Positions 1 to 10,175 of a stretch of DNA of 64,000 nt are shown here, piece after piece; position 1 is the stretch's first letter; each line of letters starts with the position of its first letter. The position numbers were made by a program, and so were the translations under genes. The notes below the pieces were generated by a model. It saw only the letters and a program-made list of their open reading frames with translations, made no database searches and had not been told where the DNA came from. This DNA is from an uncultured Rhodospirillaceae bacterium (lineage in GTDB: Bacteria; Pseudomonadota; Alphaproteobacteria; GCA-2731375). The stretch covers positions 1,624-65,623 of the forward strand of contig CAZVYX010000027.1 of NCBI GenBank assembly GCA_964631725.1. Reading direction: 5' to 3'.

Positions 1-618
1 TTCCAGAGCCGCCTTGCGCGGCATGATCACGCCGGGCATGCCGGCCGCGCCCTGGGGCAGGGGGATTTCGATGTGCGCCAGGCGGTGGCCGTCGGTCGCG
101 ACGCCGCGCAGCACCGCCGCATCCTCGGGCGCATGCAGATAGATACCATTCAGGTAATAGCGGGTTTCCTCGGTCGAAATGGCAAAGCGGGTCTTTTCGA
201 TCAGGCGCTGCAAATCCGGTGCCGGCAGAACAAACTGGTGCGGCAGATCGCCGTCGGCCATAACCGGGAAATCCTCCCGCGGCAGGCAGGAGAGGGCAAA
301 TTTCGAGCGTGCCGCGCGCACCACCAGCCTGCCGTCGTCAGCGCCGTAGTCGAGTTCCACCTGGGCCCCGTCGGGCAGCTTGCGCACGATGTCGTGCAAG
401 ATATGCGCCGGCGCGGTGGTGCCACCGGGGGTCTGCACCTCCGCTGCGACCGTTTCGACGATGGCCAGGTCCAGATCCGTCGCGGTCAGGCTCAGGCCGC
501 CATCGTCTGCGACCAGTTGCACGTTGGACAAAATCGGGATCGTATTACGCCGTTCGACAACGTTTTGGACATGCCCCAGGGCGCGCAAAAGGGCGGAACG
601 TTCAATAGTTAGCTTCAT
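1..618 (-). CDS. dnaN: DNA polymerase III beta sliding clamp, N-terminal part (runs off window start)
   Basis: Reverse translation from ATG at 618 gives MKLTIERSALLRALGHVQNVVERRNTIPILSNVQLVADDGG... The ORF continues to position 1. Typical beta-clamp N-terminus. Confidence 0.85.
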   Translation of the reverse strand, partial: MKLTIERSALLRALGHVQNVVERRNTIPILSNVQLVADDGGLSLTATDLDLAIVETVAAEVQTPGGTTAPAHILHDIVRKLPDGAQVELDYGADDGRLVVRAARSKFALSCLPREDFPVMADGDLPHQFVLPAPDLQRLIEKTRFAISTEETRYYLNGIYLHAPEDAAVLRGVATDGHRLAHIEIPLPQGAAGMPGVIMPRKAALE

Positions 619-779
619 GATTTCTTCGTTTCAAAGCAATTATAGCGCGGACAAAAACATCAGTCCCGCCACGGTTGAGACGCAAGAGAATCACGGCCCA
701 CCTTGTCGGGGCAAAAGCATAACAGAAAGTGCGGCGAATCGCACCTTTTTTGCCCGAAATTTGTGCCCTACACTGGTTT

Positions 780-1685
780 CTACAGCAGCTTTTTCAAGGC
801 CCTGGCAATAGCCTTTTGTTGCCGGACGGAGGCGGCCGGCATGGGCGCCCTGGGCAGGCCGCCGGGCACGCCCTGCTCGGACAGGGCGAATTTCACCGCC
901 GCCGGCAGGTTGTCGTCGATCATCGCGTTCCACAACCGCAAAAGCTGTTCATGCAGGCGCCGGGCGGCGGCATGCTCGCCGGCCTGTACCAGATCCCAGA
1001 GCCTGACCTCCGCCGCCGGCGCCGCTGTCAGAATGGCCGCGATGGCGCCGTGGGCCCCCAGGGCAAAGGACGGATACATCAGGGCATCCACCGCCGTCAT
1101 GATCCTCGATCCACTTGGCGCGCCCAGAAGCAAATCGGCCAGCAGCTTCATATCGCCGGCGCTCTGCTTCACGCCGACAACCTGGGGCACCTCCTTCAGG
1201 ATGCGGATCAGCAGGGCCGGGGACAGATAGCTCCAGGGAATGACGTTGTAGATCAGAATAGGAATTTTCGTGGCTTTTCCGACGGTGCGGAAATGCTCCA
1301 GCATATGGTTGTCATCGGGCCGGAAGAGATAATGCACCGGGGTGATTTGCAGCGCGGCGGGGCCCAGGTCGGCCACCGCCTCGGCCCGCTCAATCGCCTG
1401 CTGCGTGGAATCGACGATAATGCCGGCGACTACCGGTACCCGGCCCTTGGCCTCGGCCATGGCAACGCGCACCAGACGGGTCGCCTCCTTGGTTGAAAGG
1501 GTATGCCCTTCCCCGGTGCTGCCCCCGACCGCCAGGCCATGCACGCCGGCGCCGATCAGGAAATTCACCTGTTTTCGGAAAGCGGTCTCGTCGACCTCAC
1601 CCTTGCGGGTAAAGGGCGTGGTCATGGGCGCGATGATGCCGGTCAGATCCTGAACGGCGAAGCGGGTGGGTTTCTTGGCGGCCAT
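780..1685 (-). CDS. dihydrodipicolinate synthase (DapA/NAL) family lyase
   Basis: 301 aa with family-typical motifs (GVHGLAVGGSTGE, K-containing TIM barrel). Confidence 0.8.
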   Translation of the reverse strand: MAAKKPTRFAVQDLTGIIAPMTTPFTRKGEVDETAFRKQVNFLIGAGVHGLAVGGSTGEGHTLSTKEATRLVRVAMAEAKGRVPVVAGIIVDSTQQAIERAEAVADLGPAALQITPVHYLFRPDDNHMLEHFRTVGKATKIPILIYNVIPWSYLSPALLIRILKEVPQVVGVKQSAGDMKLLADLLLGAPSGSRIMTAVDALMYPSFALGAHGAIAAILTAAPAAEVRLWDLVQAGEHAAARRLHEQLLRLWNAMIDDNLPAAVKFALSEQGVPGGLPRAPMPAASVRQQKAIARALKKLL

Positions 1686-1719
1686 TCGTTTACTCCAAGG
1701 CTAAGTTCGAGATTTTATT

Positions 1720-2151
1720 CTAAGTGACCAAAAAATGAGCTGACGCGGTGGCGAACAATTTGTTGCGGTCCTTCTGCCAGGCCTGGGCCCGCACATTGGC
1801 GACACGGCGGCCCTGTTTGGTGACGATGCCGGTGGCGAAACTGTCCGCCGGCCTGCCGGGACGCAGATATTCGACCGTAATGTTGATGATTTTCGGTAGC
1901 CGCGGCGTATCCATGGCGCCAATCAGCGAGATCATCGCCGCGCTTTCCAGCAACGCCCCGGTGACGCCGCCATGCAGGGCAGGCAACATCGGATTGCCGA
2001 TCAACATATCCTGAAACGGCATCACCGTGATCAACTCGTCGCCCTGCTGCTCAACGCGCAGGCCGAGCCAGCGGAAATAGGGCACGGCGTCCACCAGCGG
2101 GCGCAGATCGCCGCTCTGGCGCGCCTCCGCTATGCCCTTGGGAATATTCAA
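1720..2151 (-). CDS. PaaI-family hotdog thioesterase
   Basis: 143 aa hotdog-fold motif (MLPALHGGVTGALLESAAMISLI). Confidence 0.7.
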   Translation of the reverse strand: MNIPKGIAEARQSGDLRPLVDAVPYFRWLGLRVEQQGDELITVMPFQDMLIGNPMLPALHGGVTGALLESAAMISLIGAMDTPRLPKIINITVEYLRPGRPADSFATGIVTKQGRRVANVRAQAWQKDRNKLFATASAHFLVT

Positions 2152-2612
2152 GCCGGCTTCGCCTTTGATTTCGCGGGTCTATCGGATTTCCCCGGTCGCG
2201 TTAGCATGAAAGAGCCCGTGGCATGGGCAATCGGATCATCCACGTCGCCCTGATAGGCGATGGCGCGGGTAAATGCGATATTGCGTGTCATCTTGTAGCA
2301 GTGGGCATGGGCGAAAATGTCCTGGCGCGGCGCCGCCGGCTTCAGATAGTCGATGCGCAGATCCAGGGTCGCTGTCATCGTCGCGGAACTCATCAACGGC
2401 ATGATACACATGCCGCTCAAGCTATCCAGCAGCACCGTTACGATACCGCCGTGTATGACGCCGCTGTCCGGATCGCCGACAAATTCCGGGCGATGGGGCA
2501 CCTTGGCGACGGCGCCGGTGTCATCAATCGAGATCAAATCCAGGCCAACCGCCGACATGTGCGGGATGGCGCTGATCATCAACTGCCGGACGTTTTCAAA
2601 ATCAATTTCCAT
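2148..2612 (-). CDS. PaaI-family hotdog thioesterase (second, tandem)
   Basis: Family core starts at MEIDFENVRQLM... (ATG at 2612). The longer 2810 start is probably spurious. Overlaps the downstream thioesterase by ATGA. Confidence 0.65.
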   Translation of the reverse strand: MEIDFENVRQLMISAIPHMSAVGLDLISIDDTGAVAKVPHRPEFVGDPDSGVIHGGIVTVLLDSLSGMCIMPLMSSATMTATLDLRIDYLKPAAPRQDIFAHAHCYKMTRNIAFTRAIAYQGDVDDPIAHATGSFMLTRPGKSDRPAKSKAKPA

Positions 2613-2800
2613 GCTGGGCAGACAATGCGTGCTTGCCCCCGTGCTGTCAAACTTTGCCCTATCAAACACGGACGGCGAATTGCCGGGCAGTATGCCGCTA
2701 TATGCACTGGCGGCGGCGGAAAAACGGTCGTATAAAATGCGCCATGTGGAACAGCACGGTTTGTATTCGGGCCGGTGGGTTTGAACCGGGCGCGGAGCCA

Positions 2801-3814
2801 ATGATGGCACGGCGGGTCTTGCGCCTTGGTGCGCTGATTTTCGGCTGCATCTTGTTGCTGGGCATGGCCGCCGCCCGGGCCGGTGACGGCGGTTACTTCC
2901 GTATCGCCACCGGCGCCACGGACGGCACCTACTTTCCCATCGGCTCGTTGATCGCCTCGGCCATATCCAACCCTCCAGGCTCCCGCGATTGCGACGACGG
3001 CGGCTCGTGCGGCGTGCCCGGCCTGATCGCCGTTGGCCAGGCCAGCAAGGGCTCGGTCCAGAATGTCGCCTTGATCGCGGGCGGCACGGTGGAATCCGGC
3101 CTCGGCCAGGCCGATGTCGCCTATATGGCCTATTTCGGCCTGGGGCCCTTCAAGGGCGCGGCGCAGTTCGACGGCCTGCGGGTCGTCGCCACCCTGTTCC
3201 CCGAGCTGGTGCAACTGGCGGTGCGCAAGCACAGCGGCATCTATGCGGTCGAAGATCTGCGTGACAGGCGTGTCTCTTTGGGCGTCGAAGGTTCGGGCAC
3301 GGCGGTGGACGCGGATGTCATAATGGCGGCCCATGGCCTGGCGGCGGGCAGCTACAAGGCGATGCATCTGGACCTTGGTGAATCGGCGGACCGCCTGCGC
3401 CTGGGCAAGCTGGATGCCTTTTTCATTATCGGCGGCGCGCCGGTGCCCGCCATGGTCGATCTGGCGGAGCAGACCAATATCACCCTTTTGCCGATCCACG
3501 GTGCGGCGGCAACGCGGCTGCGGCGGGAGTATCCCTTTTTTGCTCCGGCGACCCTGCCCACGGGCGTCTACCGCAACGTCGACGAAACCAAGACCCTGAG
3601 CGTTGGCGCGCAATGGCTGGTGTCGGACCGCCTGGATGCGAAGCTGGTTTATGAGATGACCCGCGCCCTGTGGCATCCATCGACCCGGCGGGTGCTGGAT
3701 AACGGCCATCCCGGCGGCCGCCTGATCCAATTGAAGAGCGCCCTGGACAGCCTGGGCATTCCCCTGCACGAGGGTGCGAGGCGCTACTACAAGGAAGTCG
3801 GCGCCCTACCCTGA
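2801..3814 (+). CDS. TAXI-family TRAP transporter solute-binding protein (orphan, no fused permease nearby)
   Basis: Signal peptide MMARRVLRLGALIFGCILLLGMAAARA, then a TAXI-like body (YFRIATGATDGTYFPIGSLIA...IIGGAPVPAMVDL). Confidence 0.7.
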   Translation: MMARRVLRLGALIFGCILLLGMAAARAGDGGYFRIATGATDGTYFPIGSLIASAISNPPGSRDCDDGGSCGVPGLIAVGQASKGSVQNVALIAGGTVESGLGQADVAYMAYFGLGPFKGAAQFDGLRVVATLFPELVQLAVRKHSGIYAVEDLRDRRVSLGVEGSGTAVDADVIMAAHGLAAGSYKAMHLDLGESADRLRLGKLDAFFIIGGAPVPAMVDLAEQTNITLLPIHGAAATRLRREYPFFAPATLPTGVYRNVDETKTLSVGAQWLVSDRLDAKLVYEMTRALWHPSTRRVLDNGHPGGRLIQLKSALDSLGIPLHEGARRYYKEVGALP

Positions 3815-3957
3815 TCGGTGCTATATCTCGACACCGGCATCAGCCAAGCGCGAAGCGGCCATGATGACAGGCTCATGTCATTGATTATCAAGCGATATGG
3901 GGGCTTCGCACCGTTCCACGCTTTGCTGTACAAGGATAGGGCTGAAGCCTGACTGTA

Positions 3958-5370
3958 ATGGAGCCTACCGTGACCGCCAATATTGAAGCCAATCTCGATC
4001 CCGCCGCCATCCCCATCTGGCCCGTTGCCAGTGCCGATCTGGCCGCCTGGCAGGCGGACCGGCCCGGCGCCATGACGGCGTGGTGTCAAAGCAGCGGCTT
4101 TACGGCGGAGGCCGGCAAGTACGTCTTGTTGCCGGGCGAGTCCGGCGATCTGGCCGGCGTTCTGCTGGGCTTGGGCGAGGGTGGAGAGCAGGCCCGCGAC
4201 TACTGGGCCTTCGGCACCCTGGCCAAGGGTCTGCCGGCGGGAGATTATCGGATCGACGGTGAATTGACGCCGGACCAGGCCGATCACGCGGCCCTGGCCT
4301 GGGCCCAGGCCGGCTACCGTTTCGATCGCTATCAAGGCAAGGATAAGGAGGCGGCCGAGGCGATGGCCCGGCTGTGTCTGCCGGAAAATGCCGACGCCAA
4401 GGCCTTGGCCGGTGCGGTCAAGGGTGGTTTTCTGGCCCGGGATTTGATCAATACGCCGGCCTCCGACATGGGGCCGGGCGAGTTGGCGGATGCGGCCCTG
4501 GCCCTGGCGGAGGAATTCGGCGGCACCGGGACAGTTATCGTCGGCGATGATCTGTTGGCCGCCAATTACCCGGCGATCCACGCGGTGGGCCGGGCCTCGG
4601 CGCGGGCGCCCCGGCTGATCGATCTGCGCTGGGGTCCAGCGGATGCACCGCGCCTGACTTTGGTCGGCAAGGGGGTTTGTTTCGATACTGGCGGCCTGGA
4701 TCTGAAACCGGCCGCCGGCATGCTGAAGATGAAAAAGGACATGGGCGGGGCGGCGACGGTGCTAGGGCTGGCGGCCATGATCATGACGGCGGAGTTGCCC
4801 CTATCCCTGCGCGTCCTGATCCCGGCGGTGGAAAATGCCGTCAGCGGCAATGCCTACCGGCCCGGCGATGTGATCGATACCCGCAAGGGCCTGACGGTGG
4901 AAGTCGGCAACACGGATGCCGAAGGCCGGATCGTGTTATGCGACGCCCTGGCCGAGGCGGATGCGGATGATCCTGATCTGATCATCGATATCGCGACCCT
5001 GACCGGCGCGGCGCGGGTTGCCCTGGGTCCGGATCTGCCGGCAATCTTCACCGGCAGTGACGAACTGGCGGCGGCGTTGCAGCAGGCCGGCGAGGAACTG
5101 GATGATCCGACCTGGCGTCTGCCCCTCTTCGCTCCCTACGCCGAACGCCTGAAGAGCAAGGTCGCCGACTACAACAATGTCTCGGAAGGCCCCTTCGCCG
5201 GCGCCATAACGGCCGCCTTGTTCATGCAGGCCTTTGTCAGCGATCCGAGCCGGTGGCTGCATATGGATAGCTACGGCTGGAACGACAAGGATCGCCCGGG
5301 CCGGCCCGCGGGGGGCGAAGGCCTGGCGATGCGGGCCCTGTTTGCGGTGATCGGGCGGCGTTTCGGATAG
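3958..5370 (+). CDS. pepA: M17 leucyl aminopeptidase family
   Basis: 470 aa with the NTDAEGR and GKGVCFDTGG motifs. Confidence 0.85.
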   Translation: MEPTVTANIEANLDPAAIPIWPVASADLAAWQADRPGAMTAWCQSSGFTAEAGKYVLLPGESGDLAGVLLGLGEGGEQARDYWAFGTLAKGLPAGDYRIDGELTPDQADHAALAWAQAGYRFDRYQGKDKEAAEAMARLCLPENADAKALAGAVKGGFLARDLINTPASDMGPGELADAALALAEEFGGTGTVIVGDDLLAANYPAIHAVGRASARAPRLIDLRWGPADAPRLTLVGKGVCFDTGGLDLKPAAGMLKMKKDMGGAATVLGLAAMIMTAELPLSLRVLIPAVENAVSGNAYRPGDVIDTRKGLTVEVGNTDAEGRIVLCDALAEADADDPDLIIDIATLTGAARVALGPDLPAIFTGSDELAAALQQAGEELDDPTWRLPLFAPYAERLKSKVADYNNVSEGPFAGAITAALFMQAFVSDPSRWLHMDSYGWNDKDRPGRPAGGEGLAMRALFAVIGRRFG

Positions 5371-5389
5371 TTGGTCTTGTTATCGCAGG

Positions 5390-5827
5390 TTGAATTTCGC
5401 GGCAAAAGGGGTTGATCCACGACCCGTTATCCTATTGACTGCCAATTCGGTTCGGAACCGGCATGATCGTGGGAGAAAGCCCGTGGCGGCGACACTGACA
5501 TCCCAGCAGGCCTTGAAACTCTGGCACCAGACACTGGTGTCTTCGGTACGTTCCGAGGGACCCGACCTATCAGCCCGGCAGATGGCCCTGTTTCTGCAGG
5601 TCTATCTCGAATCGCCGCCCCATACGGTACGCGGGCTGGCGGCGGCGCTGCAAATCTCGAAACCGGCGGTCGTGCGGGCCCTGGATACCCTGGGCCGCCT
5701 TGATTTCACCCGCCGCAGGCGGGATCAGAGCGATAAGCGCAATGTTTTGATCCAGCGCACGGTCAAGGGATCTGTCTTTCTGAGCGAATTCGCCGAATGG
5801 GTCGTCAGCGCATCGGACACGGTTTGA
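5390..5827 (+). CDS. MarR-family transcriptional regulator
   Basis: Winged HTH LSARQMALFLQVYLESPPHTVRGLAAALQISKPAVVRALDTLGRLDF. The real start may be the GTG at 5484, which follows GGGAGAAAG. Confidence 0.65.
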   Translation: MNFAAKGVDPRPVILLTANSVRNRHDRGRKPVAATLTSQQALKLWHQTLVSSVRSEGPDLSARQMALFLQVYLESPPHTVRGLAAALQISKPAVVRALDTLGRLDFTRRRRDQSDKRNVLIQRTVKGSVFLSEFAEWVVSASDTV

Positions 5828-5839
5828 CCCAACGGCAAG

Positions 5840-5944
5840 CTAGAGCAATTTTCAATTAGTCGGAGTCGTGAACGCGACTTAAGTAATTGGTTCAATTGCT
5901 CTTTTCTTAAGAGTCTGAGCATGTTTAGAAAAAACATGCTCTAG
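5840..5944 (+). repeat. MITE-like two-hairpin repeat, subtype A, copy A1 (CTAG at both ends)
   Basis: ctagagcaattttcaatt...aattggttcaattgctct (hairpin 1) then gagcatgtttagaaaaaacatgctctag (hairpin 2). Related copies at 14278, 34436, 58699, 62558. Confidence 0.8.
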
Positions 5945-5968
5945 CCAAGCGAATGGATTTTTGTTGCC

Positions 5969-6835
5969 ATGGACCCGCGCATTACACCGGCCCGCGATGA
6001 TCTAGCCGCGAACTGGCTGCGAGATCAGGTCGCGGCGGCGCGCTATGTCGATGGCTCCCCCCGCACGGTTGTTCGGGACGGCGCGCCCCTGCGTTTCTCG
6101 CCGGATCGGAACGCCGGCCTGGAAAGCCAGTTGATCCATGGCGAAACTTTCCAGGTGTACGAGGAGCGCGATGGCTGGTGCTGGGGGCAGAGTTTGACCG
6201 ACAATTATGTCGGTTATGTTCCGGCGGTGGATCTGGCGGACAACCTGCCGGCACCTGATCATCAAGTCGCGGCCCTGCACAGCCATCTCTATTCCGAGCC
6301 GGATCTGAAACGGCCGGTCGCCGGCATCATCTCCATGTCGGCGCGGGTTAAGGTTGTTGATGTCGAGGGCAAGTTTTGCCGTATTGCTTCCGGCCATTGG
6401 CTGCACTCCAGGCATTTGGTGTCCCTGGACTACAGCACCCAGGATTATGTTGGTACGGCGATGAAGTTTATCGGCGTGCCATATCTGTGGGGCGGACGCA
6501 CGGCCATGGGCCTGGACTGTTCATCACTGGTGCAATTGGCCCTGGGCATGGCGGGTATCGCGGTGCCGCGGGACAGCGATTTGCAGGAAAACGGCGCCGG
6601 CGCTCCGGGCGCGCCCGTCGCCATGGAAGACGGCCATGATTTTTCCCAGCTTGAAGAGGGCGACCTGGTGTTTTTTCCCGGCCATGTTGGCTTTTTTGTC
6701 AGCGATTGGCGCTTCCTGCATGCCAATGCGTTCGATATGCAGGTCTCTCTGCACGGATTTTCCGATGTCCTTGACCGCGCCAATCAGGATAACACCGCGG
6801 TAACTTCCATCAGGCGGATTGCGCCATCCCATTGA
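5969..6835 (+). CDS. NlpC/P60 (C40) peptidase with N-terminal SH3-like domain
   Basis: GVPYLWGGRTAMGLDCSSLVQLAL catalytic Cys region; the C-terminal His region is present. Confidence 0.7.
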   Translation: MDPRITPARDDLAANWLRDQVAAARYVDGSPRTVVRDGAPLRFSPDRNAGLESQLIHGETFQVYEERDGWCWGQSLTDNYVGYVPAVDLADNLPAPDHQVAALHSHLYSEPDLKRPVAGIISMSARVKVVDVEGKFCRIASGHWLHSRHLVSLDYSTQDYVGTAMKFIGVPYLWGGRTAMGLDCSSLVQLALGMAGIAVPRDSDLQENGAGAPGAPVAMEDGHDFSQLEEGDLVFFPGHVGFFVSDWRFLHANAFDMQVSLHGFSDVLDRANQDNTAVTSIRRIAPSH

Positions 6836-8102
6836 CCTTGCGCAGCCAATATCGGGCCATCACGGCGTGACCCGGCCGGAGACCGCTACCGGCACTTCGG
6901 CGCTGGCGCCCTTCGCCGTGCGCAGCTTTCGGTTCCAATGGCCGGCAGACTTGCTGACATCCTGGGCCTTCGAGATGGAGACCCTGATCCTGGGTTGGTA
7001 CGTGCTGGTGGAAACGGATTCGGTGCTGCTGCTGACCGCCTTCGGCTCCCTGCAATTCCTCGGCACCCTGATTTCGCCGCTGCTGGGTGTCGTCGCCGAC
7101 CGTGTGGGCCGGCGGGCGGTGCTGTGTACCATGCGGGCCATGTACGCCGTTCTGGCCCTGACCCTGATGGGTCTGGCCTTGAGCGGAACCCTGAACCCCT
7201 ATTTCGTATTGGTCATCGCGCTGCTGGCCGGTTTGGTGCGGCCCTCGGACCTGGTCATGCGGAATTCCCTGATCGGCGATACGGTGCCAAGTGCCTTGCT
7301 GGCCAAGGCCATCGGGCTGTCGCGCACGACCATGGACTCGGCCCGTATCGCCGGCGCCTTGGCGGGCGCCGGTCTGTTCGCGACCCTTGGCATCGGCCCG
7401 GCCTATGTGGGCGTCGTGGCTTTGTACGGCATCTCGCTCGTCCTGACTTTTGGCGTCGCCGGTCCGCGCCCCTCACCCGCGCGGCCGGCTTCCCAGCCGA
7501 CATCCTCCTGGCAGGAGTTGAAGGCCGGCCTGGCCTTTGTCCGGAACACGCCCGAGGTGCTGGCGCTGATGATCCTGGCCTTTCTGGTCAATCTCACGGC
7601 CTATCCGGTCTCCATGGGCCTGCTGCCCTATGTGGCCAAGGAAATTTACGCCATTGATCAGAATGGTCTGGGACATCTGGTGGCGGGCTACGCCTGCGGC
7701 GCCTTGCTGGGCTCCATCATCATGATCATGACGGGGGGCGCCCGGCGGCCAGGGCGCTTCATGGTGCTTTCCATCGTGGCTTGGTACGTTTTGATGATAT
7801 TCTTTGCCTGGCAGGAAATGAAATGGCCCGGCTTCGTGATCTTGCTGCTCACCGGCGTTTTGCAAAGCACCGCCATGATTTCCATGTCGGTGACCTTGCT
7901 GCGCATAACGCCGGAGCAGTTCCGGGGCCGCATCCAGGGCGTGCGCATGCTGGCGGTTTATGGCCTGCCCGTGGGTTTGCTGGCCGCCGGCGTTCTGGTC
8001 GATTGGTCTGGATTTTTCAGCGCCGTGTTGGTTTACGCCTTGTTGGGCATATTGTGCACAGGATGGATTGCCTTGCGATGGCGCGCCGCCATCTGGCGCT
8101 GA
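6819..8102 (+). CDS. MFS transporter
   Basis: 12-TM profile with the MFS motif GVVADRVGRR. Start uncertain. Confidence 0.7.
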   Translation: MRHPIDLAQPISGHHGVTRPETATGTSALAPFAVRSFRFQWPADLLTSWAFEMETLILGWYVLVETDSVLLLTAFGSLQFLGTLISPLLGVVADRVGRRAVLCTMRAMYAVLALTLMGLALSGTLNPYFVLVIALLAGLVRPSDLVMRNSLIGDTVPSALLAKAIGLSRTTMDSARIAGALAGAGLFATLGIGPAYVGVVALYGISLVLTFGVAGPRPSPARPASQPTSSWQELKAGLAFVRNTPEVLALMILAFLVNLTAYPVSMGLLPYVAKEIYAIDQNGLGHLVAGYACGALLGSIIMIMTGGARRPGRFMVLSIVAWYVLMIFFAWQEMKWPGFVILLLTGVLQSTAMISMSVTLLRITPEQFRGRIQGVRMLAVYGLPVGLLAAGVLVDWSGFFSAVLVYALLGILCTGWIALRWRAAIWR

Positions 8103-8122
8103 GCGGGCGAGGGGACGGAAGC

Positions 8123-9364
8123 ATGAACAAGAACGCCATGGAAGTTAATGGAGAGAGGCTTTGGGATAGCCTGGAAGCCTCGGGCCAGATCGGCAAGCTG
8201 CGTGGCACCGGCCTGCGCCGCCTGCCGCTTTCCGACGCCGACAAGGAAATGCGCGACACCTTCCGCACCTGGGCCGAGGCGGCCGGCTGCGCCGTGACGG
8301 TGGATCAGGTCGGCAATATCTTCGCCCGCCGTCCGGGCGGCGATGATACCCTGCCCGCCGTTGCCACGGGCAGCCATTTGGATACCCAGATGTGCGGCGG
8401 CAAATATGACGGCGTCCTCGGTGTGATGAGCGGCCTGGAAGTGATCCGCACCCTGAATGATCTCGGCGTCGAGACCAAACGTCCGATCGAGCTGGTGGTC
8501 TGGAGCAACGAAGAGGGCGCCCGTTTTACCCCGCCCATGCAGGGCTCCCTCGCCTTTATCGGTGATCTCAGCCTGGAGACTGTCCTAACGTCCGAGGACG
8601 CCGATGGCCTGCGTTTCGAAGACGAGCTGCGGCGCATCGGCTACGATGGTACGCGCGAACTGGGTGAGAGCAAGTTCGAGGCCTATCTTGAACTGCATAT
8701 TGAACAGGGCCCGGTGCTCGACCGTATTGGCATCGATACCGGCATCGTCGTCGCCGGCTTCAAATCCCATGGCCTGAAAATCCAGGTCACGGGCAATACC
8801 GCCCACGTTGGCCCGACGCCCATGGACGAGCGGCAAAACGCCCTGGTCGGCGCGGCGCATCTGATCACGGCGGTGGATGCCATTGGCTGGCAGCACCACC
8901 CCCAGGGCGGCAAGAGCACGACGCCCCATATCAGTTGTTTTCCGAACCTGCCCGGCATCATCCCGGAGTCGGCGCAACTGACTGTCGATTTTCGCCATCC
9001 CGAAGCCAAGGTCGCCGATCAGATGTTGGCCGAGGTGCAGGCGGCGATGGCCGAGGCGGCCGAGAAGGCAAATGTGCGGATGGAAGTCGTCGATAGCTGG
9101 ACCTTCGGCGACAATCCGTTTTCCGACGACTGCATCAAGGCCCTGGAAGACACCGCCGATGCCATGGGCATCGACTATATGGAAATCCGCAGCCAGGCCG
9201 GCCACGACGCCTATGCCATCGGCAAGGTCGCGCCCATGGGCATGATCTTCACCCCCTGCACCGCCGGCGTCAGCCACAACGTTGAAGAGAGCATTGAGCT
9301 GCAGCGAACCCTGCCGGGCGTCAACCTGCTGCTCAACACCATGGTCAACATGGCGAACCGCTAA
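8123..9364 (+). CDS. M20-family Zn amidohydrolase (allantoate amidohydrolase / N-carbamoyl-L-amino-acid hydrolase type)
   Basis: Starts MNKNAMEVNGERLWDSLE... with GSHLDTQ and VWSNEEGARF motifs. The track ORF start at 7781 overlaps the MFS gene and is spurious. Confidence 0.8.
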   Translation: MNKNAMEVNGERLWDSLEASGQIGKLRGTGLRRLPLSDADKEMRDTFRTWAEAAGCAVTVDQVGNIFARRPGGDDTLPAVATGSHLDTQMCGGKYDGVLGVMSGLEVIRTLNDLGVETKRPIELVVWSNEEGARFTPPMQGSLAFIGDLSLETVLTSEDADGLRFEDELRRIGYDGTRELGESKFEAYLELHIEQGPVLDRIGIDTGIVVAGFKSHGLKIQVTGNTAHVGPTPMDERQNALVGAAHLITAVDAIGWQHHPQGGKSTTPHISCFPNLPGIIPESAQLTVDFRHPEAKVADQMLAEVQAAMAEAAEKANVRMEVVDSWTFGDNPFSDDCIKALEDTADAMGIDYMEIRSQAGHDAYAIGKVAPMGMIFTPCTAGVSHNVEESIELQRTLPGVNLLLNTMVNMANR

Positions 9365-10104
9365 TCGTGGTAGAAAATCGCCGGCGGCGGGTTCGGGGAC
9401 ATGTTCTCGCTTTCCCAATCCCACAGGATGGGCGTGCGGTCGGGATGTGCGGCCCGCAAGGCGCGCAGGGCGATCATCGGTTCGTAGATCCCGTAAAGAC
9501 GGCGCAGTTCTCCGACCGCATCGAATTTCATGTCGGCCCGTAGATCAAGCAGTGGAATCTCAGGCAGTTCGGGGGTGCCGATGACTTTGACCGCCGCGCC
9601 GCGCTCGCTGAAATGACGGCCATTGGCGGCCTGTTGGCCACCGGCATCGCGGCCTGCTTCCAGGGCCGAGATCAGGCGCGATGCCAGGGGCCCCTCGGCG
9701 GAATTCTCGAACCCCTCAACCATTGCCGCTACGACTTCGGGGCCTGCTAGAACATTGCCGAAGGCGAGGCAGTCCCGACCATGTTGCTCGCCCGCCCAGG
9801 GCTGGTTCGCCTGACCGGTTCGGGCAATGACCGCGCCATCACGGCGCATGATGGCAATTTGCCGGTATTCCACATGATCGTCGGCGGCCGCCACACTGGC
9901 CAAGGCATTTTCGAGCGAGCGGCCCTCGTCCAAGGCGCGGACACCGGCAATGGCGGCGCGGGGGTTTCCCTTCGCCTGCACGACGACAATATCGCCGCCA
10001 TAACCATAGCAAGGTGAAATGCCTCCGACACCCATGGTCACCGACGTCAGGGCCAGGCCGATTTGTCCGGTCTTCTGACAATGGCCAAGAATTGAGAATG
10101 TCAT
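9361..10104 (-). CDS. DUF1028 Ntn-hydrolase-like protein
   Basis: Begins MTFSILGHC (Thr2 nucleophile signature). 247 aa. Confidence 0.7.
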   Translation of the reverse strand: MTFSILGHCQKTGQIGLALTSVTMGVGGISPCYGYGGDIVVVQAKGNPRAAIAGVRALDEGRSLENALASVAAADDHVEYRQIAIMRRDGAVIARTGQANQPWAGEQHGRDCLAFGNVLAGPEVVAAMVEGFENSAEGPLASRLISALEAGRDAGGQQAANGRHFSERGAAVKVIGTPELPEIPLLDLRADMKFDAVGELRRLYGIYEPMIALRALRAAHPDRTPILWDWESENMSPNPPPAIFYHD

Positions 10105-10175
10105 TTTTCACTGCTCCGATGACAAGTTGTTGCCGCCGGGCCGGGTGGCGTCCGGCCCGCAAGGCTTATCAGCCA

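Noticed and set aside
1-780. dnaN at the window edge as a marker of the replication origin
   Set aside because: No dnaA gene or DnaA-box cluster is visible in the short non-coding stretch 619-779. In many alphaproteobacteria dnaN is not origin-adjacent. Nothing can be concluded from this window.
2579-3769. 396-aa ORF antisense to the TAXI solute-binding protein gene
   Set aside because: Same reasoning: GC-rich antisense artefact; Arg/Gly/Ala-rich, with no domain signature.
5725-5937. Short ORFs inside subtype-A repeats sharing the peptide LRKEQLNQ...ENCSS (also 34363..34632, 62464..62664). Reciprocal-strand ORFs share ...RAIEPI..AKA.PI.
   Set aside because: They are identical because the DNA is a repeat. 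The frames are not preserved outside the repeat core, and the copies occur in both orientations. I treat them as non-coding.
7781-8122. N-terminal 114-codon extension of the M20 hydrolase ORF
   Set aside because: It overlaps the 3' end of the MFS gene in another frame. Homology begins at MNKNAMEVNG (8123).
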